A DNA stretch of 64,000 bases from positions 10,292,001 to 10,356,000 of the forward strand of contig NC_079172.1 of NCBI RefSeq assembly GCF_947568905.1, written 5' to 3'. A model generated the notes under the pieces. It did no database searches, was not told where the DNA came from, and saw only the letters and a program-made list of their open reading frames with translations. Source of the DNA: Ostrea edulis (taxonomy: Eukaryota). Within the stretch, counting starts at the first letter, position 1, and every line of letters starts with the position of its first letter. The translations under genes and the position numbers were made by a program. Below, one piece after another: positions 38,331 through 51,600 of this stretch.

Positions 38331-39240
38331 ATGTTTTGCTCTGCCCGCCAAAGTTTGGGAACAAGAACTCCAATTTAAGAGACTGGTTCACATGATGTGG
38401 AAGCAGAAACCAACTTTAATTTCATTCATTTGTAATGAACAAATTTAATATGTAAATATGTAAAAGTGAAGAAAAAAAATAGATTGTAAAGTATTGTGAA
38501 GTTTGCAATTTCTTTTATATCTCTTTGAAAAAAAATTGGTCAATCTGTGACACATGTCATGTAAGTTATAAAATTACTGGGCGACGGTAGGTACATGTAT
38601 AAAATTTACGACATGACAACTCTGTTGTAAATTTTGTATTTACAACCACCCAGTAAATGGAAACAACAAAAAATCGATTAAATGCCCATATCTTGTTGCT
38701 GCACGTGCCACAACGTGCGCCATTCACTTTTAGAAGTAACTGCAGCAGTCACTGTAGAATGCAGAAAAATGTGTGCTACTTCAACAGTAGTATAGGTATG
38801 CGACAAAATAGTGTTTCGCGGAATTTTGCAGGTTTTTTTTTTTTTTTTTTTTGTTTTTTTTTTTTTTTTTTGGCCATTTTACCCGACAGTGTATATTCAA
38901 CTAGAAATCTGAACACTCTCCAAAGTTTCCAAACTTTTATAAATAAAGCTTTTTATTCAAGACGATGATTCTCTACATTTTGCTTGAGTTCGAAATTGAA
39001 GTTCTTGCTCAAGTCAGTCATCTAATGTCTTTAAAGACAAAATATTTTTTCGTAAATCTAAAGTGTGATATATAAAGAAAATATCAACAAAAATTTATTT
39101 TTTTTGATTTAAAAATGTGCATAGTTGTACTGTTTGTTTGATTTTTACAGCGAAATTGAAAATGAACTCGCTGGCGTTCACTCGTACTGGTTTAAGAATT
39201 GTTTAGCTTTTATGTGAATAAAATCACATGGAGAATTTAA

Positions 39241-39559
39241 AGAGGTACTCTTCATCGTCATAATGAGTGGCTTCCTTTTAAAACACAGATGCAAAAATAT
39301 AAATATCAGCAATATTTGTCTATTCATTTAAAAAATAATCGCCTAGCTGAGTAGCGCAATAGGTTAGCACATCAATTGTGGAACTGTAGATCGCGGGTTC
39401 GAGTCCAGCACGAGTTTTAATTTTTTTCAGATTGCTTTCTACTAAAACTGCATATTTTGTCTTAATACAGTAAATTTGAAAGTTTTCAATTTCAAAATAT
39501 TGTTGTACATACCCTCCACTTTTCATCCATATCGAATTTCTCTGGTGTAGCATACCTCC
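39241..39559. mobile_element. TTAA-flanked MITE (Kolobok-like) with an internal tRNA-like segment
   Basis: TTAA|AGAGGTA...TACCTCC|TTAA. A-box-like tagcgcaataggttag and B-box ggttcgagtcc at 39352-39406. Confidence 0.7.
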
Positions 39560-40276
39560 TTAAGAGAGGAATTTCAAGTGAGATGACAATTTAAATTTTT
39601 AAAAATCCAACTGACGAAATCTGACAACAAAACATTTTAATTTTGTTTCTTCGCGGTTATAATTAATCTTATATGAAAAATAAATTACACTATGCAACAC
39701 TTAAAAACTTGTTTTTACACTTTTGAATTTCTTGTTTGAATGCAAAGTTTGACAATTCGTCCGTGATTAATGGTTTGTTTAAAACTTTATTAAAACGGAT
39801 TTTTTCTTCAAACATCTGCAAGTCTGTTGATATTTGATTTAAAGGGTCACTTGATGCCACCGTCCTTATTTCCTGTATGTAGCTTGTAACTGCTTGACTC
39901 GGAAAAACTTCCTATTAGGGTATATATTGCTTTGCATAGATGGCTGTTTAGACCATCGTACAGAGAATCGTCGTCAAAAACAAAACTTCTTAAAAGTCAA
40001 CACTTTCATAAAAAGTAGCAAAGTGAATGACCACAACTATATCACAATTTTTGAGAAGTAATTTTTTTTAGTCACATGAAGAGATGGCCGAAACTGGCTA
40101 TCATTAGTATCAATTTGATAGAATAGATACAGGTATTTGTCCTTTAAATACAGAGTCAAGCAACAGCACGAACATTTATATGTCGCTGGTCCTTATAGTG
40201 CTATATATATATATATATATGGTTCGACCCCGGGCTGGGGCGAAAATTTTCAGTACCTAGTTGTGATTATTTAGTG

Positions 40277-40328
<52 letters not shown>

Positions 40329-42563
40329 TTAATCTAGTAATTCAATGAGGGTTTACATAAATCCATCGCATCCCAGGGAGATTATTCTGTGTTCGCCGAA
40401 AACATACCGAGTTTTCATCTTAGGGGACAGCTTTCCATGGCGCTAAAGTCATTTATATTGATTTGTCAACAGCCAAGGACCTCTTCAGACGATCCGAGAG
40501 ATTCCGAACTGACGTGGTCCTTCAATTCTTATCAGAATGGAGCCACTTGGTCAGGAATTGATGGAACGCTGTTGCGAAGAATTTTAATGTGATTATCTGT
40601 TAAATCTATTATAACAGTAATTATGATACTAATAATTTTATTTCCTTCAAAGTAATAATAATTATTCAAAGTATACTAAAGCGACAAGAATTTGTTCATG
40701 TACGCAAAATAAAAGTTACATTCTTATTTAAACTTGCATAGATTTCAGTAAATCCAGAGGATTATCTTTTGCTAAACGCTTTTTCTCAATATCGAAATGA
40801 TAATAGACTTCTGTTTTTACAAAAATTCTGAAGCACACAGATGAAAACAAACAGTGCAAACAGAATTCTTAGATTTTGGAAAGGAATTTTGTCAAACATC
40901 TAGCTTGTATTATCTGACTTTCACTCCGCTCTCTTCTTGGAATAAAATAATTTAATTCCAAATATTTTTGCATACACACATATTTATAATTCTTTTTAAC
41001 TTGAGATTGTAATGTTCAAAAATGTAGTTTTCCCTCTAAATTTCTGGGCTATTTGTCGTATTTATGAACAACTTTGGATAGAACTATTTTAGCAACAATT
41101 ACTCTGAAAGCAAACCGGGTACAAATATTTGTCTAGCTGTTCTTTACTGTTTGGACAAATTAAGCTATGGCACGCGAATTTACCCCCTAGAGCTGCAAAG
41201 ATAATTTTCATTCTGATAAGATTTTTGTAAACAAATGAATTTAATGAAAATACGAAATAATTTAAAATATACAACAATACCAGTCTGATAATTTCCTTGG
41301 CCATGAATTTGTCCCTACTAAAGCAGAGAATTTTCTTTTGTTTCATAAAATGATATCAAATGCAGGCAATGTATTTATGTACTGTATTTGATATCTGGTG
41401 GTGTGTGGGGAGAGAAAAAAAAACTGTTGTTAGCTGGCCGTGATATTGATTTCGAATTGAAAAAAATTAAAAATAAATTTGAAATCTGTGTTACTTATAA
41501 ATTGATAAACTTAAAAGTGTAATACTTACAGTATTTTGAGATAAGCATATACAGTTTTGTGAGTTTTCGAGATTGTTAAAACCTTCATTTAGATTCCAAG
41601 TCTCACTCGTTAGAACAAGGTGTAACCTCTATGTACATCCAAGCACCTTTTTTCATCCAGTGGCCAAACAAGGAGATTAGTGCGGATGATCCAATAGCCC
41701 TGTAATGGACGGACGAGGCGACAGGTTTCAGGTGTTAAGATAATGACGTAGCACAACAGATGATGTACCAAATTAACTGTTTCCCAATGATTAGAAATTT
41801 TCTTGTTGTTATAATTTTTATATACAGTTAACAAATACATACAGGCATGTGCTTAGAAAACTTTATAATTATCTAAATAAATAAACACATGTACTTACAA
41901 ACTAATCATTGTATGTTTCATCCTTAAACTTGAATGCGATTAAGTATTTTTGAACAGTGATTTAGAGAGTAGAATGAGAAAATCTGAGTTTTTGTTCATA
42001 AATTATTGCTTTTATCGGAAATAATGCTGTTTTAAAGAAATTCTTCGGGTCATATTATATAAGATCAATTTATATACGTCAATCCCATGCATATATTATC
42101 GAAACAGGCCTGGTTTTACATACAACATCCTGCAATTGGAAATGATACATGCGGTCAGAGTAACTAAATAAAAAGAAGAGATGGTGTCGAGGGTTTGCAT
42201 AGCTGATCAACGTCCCTGTTTATTTTCATGCTTAGTTTACACCATTGGAGAAATCCATTGTTGACGTAACAGCTCCTCGCCACCCGATTGGTCACTTTCA
42301 TCATCTACACTCCACTACCCCGTCTTGTTCTGCAGATCTATATGAATACTCTAACCTTTATGGGTTTTTCGTGTTTAAAAATAAGATTATTGGACAAATA
42401 AACACACACTTTTAAGGGGATTAAGATAAAGGCTATTTGCGGAGAGTTTCGGTACTAAGATGGAAAGCCGGATAATATTCGATTTACATACTGTATGTCC
42501 CGCGACATCGTAGAGGTTATTGTATCAAAAAAAAAAAAAAAAAAAAAAGGAAACGAAGACAAA

Positions 42564-42619
42564 ATGGAGAGAACATCAGCAAAACTCGGAAATACTTCTA
42601 CCTCAAAAATTGACCCAAG
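42564..42619 (+). CDS. AHR-like: AhR-like exon 1 (MERTSAKLGNTSTSKIDP)
   Basis: ATG in aaaATGG context and a phase-2 donor AG|gtaaat compatible with exon 2. It carries no family motif, so it is less certain. Confidence 0.65.
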
Positions 42620-45600
42620 GTAAATTTTGATATTACCGTTAATAGGTGTTGTTAGTTTCCGTTTCTTTTTATGTATCTTTTAAATAAGTTTTAGTTATGT
42701 GATATTTGTTGTTGTACATTATCTGTTTATATCATAAACAATAGACTTGAATAGAAAACAAAGTAAGTCATATATTTTTCGTTCATATTATGCATGCATT
42801 ATGAAAAAAGAACTTTTAAAATCCTAGAAATTATGGTATTTTTGAGTCACGATGAAACAACATAAAATGAACAGTACTGTAGCTGGTTTCCATTGTCCTT
42901 TGTTATTTTGTACAAATTGATTTTTTTTCTTTCTTTTAAACAGTAAATTAAATATGCACGTATGTTATAAATGTTGTAACTTTTTAAATTTTACTTCCAT
43001 GTCTTATGTAGTATATTTTATTTACTGGATAATTATATAAAGCAGCCAGATTGTGGATAATTCGTATTCTCACAATCATTAAACAATTCCATCAAAGAAT
43101 AATAAAAAATCAAACTTTGTATCAGCGATAGCACGATCACATTAAAGTAGAAATTTTCAAAGGGAACCATGTGGACGAAAAATAAATTCCTGATAATTTC
43201 GATAGTTGACAACAGGAATAATTGAGGTACATTCTATATTAAGATGGGCTCTCCATTATTCAATTAATTTTAACGTTAACAGAAGTGATTGACAAAAGAT
43301 ATTTGAATACAAGTCTTACTCAACTTTACATTTACTTTACATCTGCGAAACCGACATCCATGATATGCATAGAATTATATACATCGTCAATTTCAACGAT
43401 ACTCATTTCTCAGATGCATAATAAGAACTTTATTATAGTACTATCTGTATAAAAATCACACAATAACAAAACTGTTGTGTTAGTTTTGATAAATCACTAA
43501 CAATACTGTTAAAACGCATTAATTACGCCCCCTCCCCCAAAACTAAATAAAAACGTTTTCAAATAATTTCCATTTTGTGACAGAAAATTAAATTCCACAC
43601 ATCTTAAGACTATTCCGTCCCAACCGGAACACTGCAGTCCACATAGGACAATACAAGTGACCGGGTTCTTACAGTTTTCGTGAAAACTCTTTATCTACTT
43701 CAAGTTCTCATTCAAATATATACACCAACATTAACAAAATAATCTTCGTGGTTTTCAGATTTTTTTTGTCTTTCAAATATAGTCAGAATATGGAGTTTGT
43801 TTTGAAATACTCCCCCCCCCCCTCCTATACACAAAAAAAATAAGATATTCATTCTTTCCTCTCAAAAATGTATGCTCTTTTGTTTTGTTGTTTTTTAGGA
43901 GGGGGTTCTTTTTGTTTTTGGTTTGTTTTTAAATTTCTTTGTAGGTTTTTGTTTCATTATTGTTTCTTCATTTATTTGTTACCCTGAAAAAAAAAACCCA
44001 CCCCACTGCTACAAACACGAGTTCCAGTGGAAATATTTTAAGAGCAGATAAAAATCTTATTGTTGAGATGAACTATTCCAAACGATGTATACGGTGATGT
44101 TATTTACAGTATAGAATTATATCAATTTATCACTACATTTTAGATGTACACTAAAAATAGCAAAGCATCTCGTACCAATTCCATTCCCTTCATATATTTG
44201 TTAAGGTTTTAATTAGGTCAATGTGTACATGGTTGTATTTATATTTCTTCAATATCACTCCCATTTGTTTCATTGACTGCATGTGTATTTCGACAGTCAT
44301 CAGTACATGTACATGAATACAATTAAATGTTTGATTTTTTTTTTATCTCAAAACAAACTCCATATTCTGACTATATTTGAAAGACAAAAAAAATCATCTG
44401 AAAACCACGAAGATTATTTCGTTAATGTATTTTTGTTGAAATTGAAAAAAAAGCATCGCTATTATTTCTGGAGTTTTGAACACCAGAAATTAATAGGACT
44501 TGTAATTATTCATCTAACTACATCACATTTTACCATGCTATCAAATTGATTTGAAATATGAATATTGCGGCAATCATCAGCTTAAACCGATATTCTCTGC
44601 GATATTTCAAAGGTTAAACTTTTTAAAAGGATTCTCGATATGAATTTCAAATAAATTTTTAAAACAAAAATGAAAATAGATGAAAAATCACATCGTATCA
44701 TGATCCAAAGGTATCCATTTATAACGTTCTTCCAGCAGAATATTCAGTTCCCTCTACAGAGACACATCCATGATGATTTTGCGGCAAAATGTGTACTGCC
44801 CCCCCCCCCCCCCCATGCCTTAATTAGAAATTTCTTTTATCTTATTTGCATACACTCACTGTCTATATTTATCAAAAAAGGGAAATAAAATAAGACAAAG
44901 GAATGAGAAAATAAAAAAGTATCCTTGTGAAGATGAAGTTTTCAACCAGTATGGTAAACACACAAGGAATTTTTTTTATTGTAAAATTATTTTTCATTAA
45001 ATGCTAAAATTACGTGAGTAGTATAGCGGGTCACCGCTGACAGGTGGCCTGGCGTCAGTAATGGCTTCTCAGCTTTGCATAAAACGTCCTTATCCATGGA
45101 AACGAATATATGTATAATCTATTACGGCTTTTTAAGATCAAGAAAATGATCAAAAGATATGATAAATCTTAATTTAGGATATAAAGGTTTATTGCAATAC
45201 ATCAATAACTGGGGGAAATACACTTGTTTTCGGTTTTTCATATTCCACAAACACAAAAATCTACAGAACGTCCACTCCTGGGGCGGTATAGCGTAATATC
45301 CAAAACATTATAAACCATGGGTCAGAACACGGGCTGGATAGACGTCCCAATGTCTTATTCGCAGTTTCCATTCCTGTTTCCCCACCGAACACGGAAAACA
45401 TTGTTTAATCCTAAAGGCTGATCACCAGAAATGGCTTACACGACGCGTATATTCCCTACCAGAAAGAAAATTCAAAGAACCATTGCAGTATGACAGTCGG
45501 CGTTGTTGTCCTCTAATTTCCGTGAATCTTAAATAAAAGAGACTAATTGTGACTTGTCTATATATACAGGTCGTGTGTTGATTTTAGTCGCACGTTTCGT

Positions 45601-48600
45601 GAAGAAAGAGCCAGTTCGTGCTCCCAGTTTACACAATCCACACAGAGGAGCACACGAATCGGCCGCCATTACCGAGCATTTTACTCTTGAAGACACTTCA
45701 ACTCTCTCAAAAAATGTAAAGGGATGTTTGTTCTATAGATCTATTGTAATATGATACACCTAAATCTGGTTGTTTTAATGAATATCGACAAAGAAACTCT
45801 TTGTTTAGGGGACGGCTTCTCGGACAACCTTATACACGAACTTGTACTGCTTTTCTTCAGTCCTGCACACGATCCAGTATTCTTCAACTCGCTCGTGTTA
45901 ACAGAAAGTTCAGTTTTGAAATTAAGAGCATCGTCTTTGCTCTCAACTCAAAGTCGTCGTGTTATCTTAGTATATTACGTGTAGTTGTTCGAATTTTGAT
46001 TTGTGGGTAATAGGTGTATATTAAGTTTGTGTTTCGCCTCAATTTTCACTCACGAAAAAGGAATTTGTTTTAGAACAAAAAACAAAAGAAGAAAAAAAAA
46101 AAGCTTAAAAAGTTCTACCACTTTTGAGTTCCGTCACCTTTTGGACCCTATTTGGGCTTTATGCTTAAACTAAAAACGTTGTAGTATATTTTCAATGGCT
46201 GACAGCAGAATATTCCTGCTATTTCCACATCTACCAATTCAATGGGATTTAGGGAAATTCTCAAAATGGCATACCTCTAACCATATTTATGATTTACGTG
46301 TATGACGCAGTTGAGTTGAAAGAACGACTATGTGAAGTTGAAAGTGACTTCACAAATGTGGACAGCGCAGAAAAAGTTTTACCCACAGTGACCCTGACCT
46401 TTATGTTGGTTTAAAAGGATGCGCGTTATAAGGCATGCTGTTTGATCTTTCCATTTGTATTGTATATTTTCCATTTGTATTGTATTATTTTTCCTTTGTA
46501 TTGTATCCGAAGGATCATTTATTTTGCTTTGTTACAAAGGATTTCATTGGCTCAAACAATAATTCGATTATCACGCTATAGGCTATATCTTTTTAATAAC
46601 TAGGCCTATGTAGATTCTACTGAACTTTCCCTCGCTTATCAACCTCGCATTCAACTAGTCCTACACAGACATATGGGACAATGTTATCTCGTGGTTGAGT
46701 AGATGTAACATGTTGCTCGTTTTCAAAACTAAAACTTGACCAATGATATCCTTCATAACATATGAAAATAAACACTACACAATACAAAAATAATTTTTAC
46801 AATACAAATAAAAATAATACAATATAAATGAAAAATTATGCAATACAAAAGGCAAATATACAATACAAATGGAAAATGGAAAACAAAATACAATACAAGT
46901 GGAAAAGATAAAATATTGCAAAGTTTGACATCCCATACAAGCCATCTTTGGTAGAATAAATTTCTTACTGAAGTGTGACATCGTTAAATGTCTACACACC
47001 TGAAGACATCAACCCAGGACCTTAATCCCCTGGTAGGCATTTTCACCTGTCAGTTCCAGGGGCTTGTATACGGCACCAAATGTAATAGGAAGGGAGGAAA
47101 TGCAACAGTCCAGACCGGGATTCAAACCCGGGACCCCTGGATCTTTAGTCAGGTGCTCTACCAACCGAGCTAACTGGTCACCGGCAATCGAACTCGACTG
47201 ACCGCTACACAGCCAATGAGAACAGATCTGCCGAGTGAATTATGAAATCAGCGAGGAAAATACATATTTTCAGAAAAATTTAGGCAGATGTACAGTGTAT
47301 GAATGATAAAAGATTTCAAATTAACATCTATTATATACTGATTTAAAAAAAAGAAATAGTTCACCTTAATGGAATTAATAAAAAGCAAAGATTTGAATGA
47401 ACCTCAACACATATGCACAAAATATTTCATAGATATATGATCAAAATCATTCATTTTGGTTTACATTGAAACTGTATGTCTGCAAGAGACGGACACCAAA
47501 GTAGGCAAATCTCTCATAAACTCGACACATATTATCAAAAACAGTTTTCTTTTAAAAGAATATAAAAAGATATATATATATATATATATACATATACATA
47601 TTTAATTTGGCTAAATAGTACAATTATATCATGTACAGTGCATGTGATGTACATTGAAGTGCCTTTTTCTGGTACAAGTATTTCTAACATTCTTTGTAAC
47701 AGAAAATTCCAGCATACCAAAATTCGTGGGTAATACATCATTGTGATAGATGAGGTTTTCTGTTGAAGTGTTGTTTTAGTGACTAAACACGGCTCTTTCA
47801 ACTATCCTGCTACGACAAACTCTAGGCGCGGGAACTTCAGTCTTCTGCTAACCAGCGTCTCCAAGATGCTCGGGGCAATATCTAGCAAGGAATATATAAA
47901 CAAGGCTCCATCCACGCAGTTTGTTAAAATGTTTTGACAATTTGTTTGACAAACATGGGTTTCATGTGTCAATTATTATAAAACTGATAAAATGTGTTCT
48001 TCAAGATAAAACAGACGCAAGCTCAGACTCGCTAATCAGGTCTTTACTAAAAACTATATGACTCACATTTTGAAACGATGTTGTTTATATTTTTAAAGAC
48101 ATAAGTAAATTAGATATAAGCTTACTCAACAATGTTCAAAGGCGTCAAACTAAAATAGTTTTAGAATATTCTAAAACAGAGGGAATAAAAGAAACAGATT
48201 TTGACAATTTTCCTTGAAGATTTGTATTACTATTATAATGAAACTAATTGAAGATCAGTAATAGTTTAACGAAACTAGCTACATATCATACATGTAATCG
48301 TACATGAATGTTTTCTTTTTTATCTTTTTTTTTATTTTAGCTTTAAATCCAAGCGTTACCGCGACAAGCTGAGAACAGAAATCAAGGCTCTAGAGTGTTT
48401 GATACCTGTGGATCGATCGTCCCTCCACCGGAAGTTGGACAGCCAGACGGTTTTTCGGCTCGTCATCTCCTTCCTTCGAATAAAACTTCTTTTTAAAGGT
48501 GTGTACTTGAAAACTTCATTTTATGTTGAGTATGACATATGAAACTTCATCATAGGAAACACTGCATACTATCGATCTCTATGGCTTTTGTTCAGCCAGC

Positions 48601-51600
48601 TAGCGGCTCCACTACCACTAGTACCATACTGTTACTTTTATTCCACTTACTCGATTAGCTAGCGGTTCCACGGCGATAACTTTATTCCACTTACTCAGCT
48701 AGCTAGCGGTTCCACGGCGATAATCTTATTTCACTTACTCAGCTAGCTAGCGGTTCCACGGCGATAATCTTATTTCACTTACTCAGCTAGCTAGCGGTTC
48801 CACGGCGATAATTTTATTTCACTTACTCAGCTAGCTAGCGCTTCCACGGCGATAATTTTATTTCACTTACTCAGCTAGCTAGCGCTTCCACGGCGATAAT
48901 TTTATTTCACTTACTCAGCTAGCTAGCGCTTCCACGGCGATAATTTTATTTCACTTACTCAGCTAGCTAGCGCTTCCACTACAATACTTTTATTCCGTAC
49001 TCAGCTTGCAGTTCCACAACAATACTTTTATTTAACGTACTCAGCTACATGTAGCGAGCAGTTTCACAGCGATACTTTTATGTCACTTACATGTACTCAG
49101 CTAGCTAGCGGTTCCACTTTAATGATTACATTTTTTTCATTTGAAACAAAACCCTTTTTCTTTGATGTAAAAATGACAAGTAACACCCATCCATGATATG
49201 TTTTGAGAACATAAAGACCTTTGAGTTTTTATAATTTTATTTCACGTATTCCGCTAGCTAGTGGTTCCACAGCAATATTTTTCACGAACTCTGGTAACTA
49301 ACGGTTCCACGGCGATGATTTTATTTCACTTTCTCCGTTCTTAATCAATCAGCGGTTCTAAACGTTTGTTTAATTCTTCATAAGTAAATGATGGAGTCAA
49401 AAAAAAAAAAAAAGGATTATTGTTCTACGATCTAAAGAAGGTATCACTTTTTACAAACTACCTCCATTTTATCGTAAGAATGAGCAATATATCTACAAGT
49501 TCCATCATAATTTTGTTTAGATTATGCTATCAAATTCTATAACGCGCTCAAATGATTAAATAAATAATCCCGGGTAACCCACTTGAATTGGATTTGTAAA
49601 TACACAAAGCAAATAGGGACATTTAGTGTCAGACTGATCGCTCTCATCATGGCAGCCGACACACCCAAACAACTTGAGGATTACCAGCATACACTCTCTA
49701 ATGGAGGGCGCTGACTCATTGAATACTTATGGGTACCACAAGATGGCCAGGGTATTTCAATCAGCGATACGACAGCAGTCCATGTTTCACTTGCCGGGTC
49801 ACTCAGTTTGTCTCCATGATTGATGGAAGTCGATAGAACTCCATCAGCTTGTATAATTCGGTGGCTTTTTCCACCAAGTACTAAGTTCGAACCAACAGTC
49901 ACCAAATATATATTTTATTTGCATTATAAAATAACAAATTATCCGGCGCCATTGCCCCCTACCATTCCTTATTCTACGTGCACGCCTGCAAAAACAAACA
50001 GATAAAGCGTTCTTGTTTCATTCTAATAACTCCATTGCAATAGAAATTAAAACGATGTGTTTGAACAACTGTGTCTACGACCCTCTCAAGTTTATCGTGG
50101 CAAATGTGACACTTTCACCTTCCACCTGACATATAACTTTGAGACGTTGTCCTTTCCATTCACTAAATATAAATTTACCTTGTAATGGCTGTGACGAAAG
50201 TTTCGAATAGACCGACGAAGCGAATTATAACAAATAACACTAAATCTTCGATATCGTGGGCAGAAGTACAGTGTTCCAAAAGTTTTGTCATAGTAGAAAT
50301 ATTCATTGTTGGGGCTAATGCGTCACAAACTGAGTACACTCGATTTATCTATCTGGGGCCTATTGTTTTAAATCTGTCTGTTTTTATGTTAAACTTGCCA
50401 TAACTTTCAACTAGACAAGATACTAGGTAAAATGAAAGATCAGATTATATTGATATGTGATTGGTAAGGTCAAGGTTATTCGTCAAGGTTATAGTTCCTA
50501 CAATGAACATAGTCACGCTCGGGAGATTTTTGTTTTTCAATTTACGATAGAATCAAATATTTTCAGAAGCCTTTGTCCCGTTTACTATTTCGTAACTGGA
50601 CGACACGAGAACAAGAGGTGTCGTCTGCCAATGCATGGCTATACGGTTTGTTGATGGTAATTCTACTTAACTCCGTGACTGAGAAATTTATCTGTGACGC
50701 TATCACCCGATGACAGCATCATGGCGCGTCTACAAACCATCGTGGTTATGTACAGGGCAACCAATTCCGACATGGAGAATTTGTACCCCACTCCAAACCG
50801 CGCAGAACGACAGGGAAAAAGTTCGGGATATTTTAATGTTGAAATGTTTGTCCAACACTCCAAGCAGTTTGTCCAAAATCTAAGCACAGTTCCTAATCTC
50901 CTTTATCAAATATTGTGCCTTGTTTTTCATAAATTAAATAGCAGAGATTTATTGGAATTTATTGATCAATTTATGTCTGATTCAGGTATTATTTGCGTTG
51001 CAGTTAGCCTATCTTCTAACTTCTCTTTTGTTGCAAACCCCCCATTTTCTTTGAACTGAGCAGAAATATTTGCCGAAACTTGAAACGTAAATCTTCCGTT
51101 TACACCTAACGTGTGTTGCTGAACCCAAGTAACCCTACACCCCGCGTAATGAAAAAGTTTGCCGTAAACAAAGGGATACAGTGAACAATGTGTCGTTAAC
51201 TATAGCATGACAATCTGAAAACGTCCCAGTCCGGGTGTTGTACTGTCAGAAGTCTGAAGGGTATTGAAGAACATGCATTGATCAGCAGGTGCGCACGCCG
51301 TTCTTTTCCCCTTCTTAAAAAGATCATGGAATCCTTTTGATTGCGTCTAGTTACCACAACAGATTTTAAATATAATTTCGTACATATGAGAATGACGGAC
51401 ATGATAATATCAAAGTATCAAATTAATAAAGGCGCAGATTTGAAGTTCCATCGCCCCCATGGATATGGCTTAGGGGGACATTAACTATAGCCTAACTCAC
51501 TTAAGAATTCAGTCTCACTTTTAAACTATTCGCTCGTTTCATGAATTGAGGCTTAATATTAAGAGTGAGCTCGTCAAAGATTAATGACCCGGAGCATCGT

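Noticed and set aside
40430-40490. CTGAAGA...GAAA on the minus strand as another hammerhead
   Set aside because: No closing pair for stem II and no stems I or III with an NUH site.
47130-47180. Possible true tRNA genes here and at 22541-22603, 39341-39415 and 61300-61367
   Set aside because: The acceptor and anticodon stems do not pair, and each sits in a SINE or MITE context.
48598-49120. CRISPR-like array
   Set aside because: The units are contiguous with no unique spacers, the context is a eukaryotic intron, and no cas genes are present.
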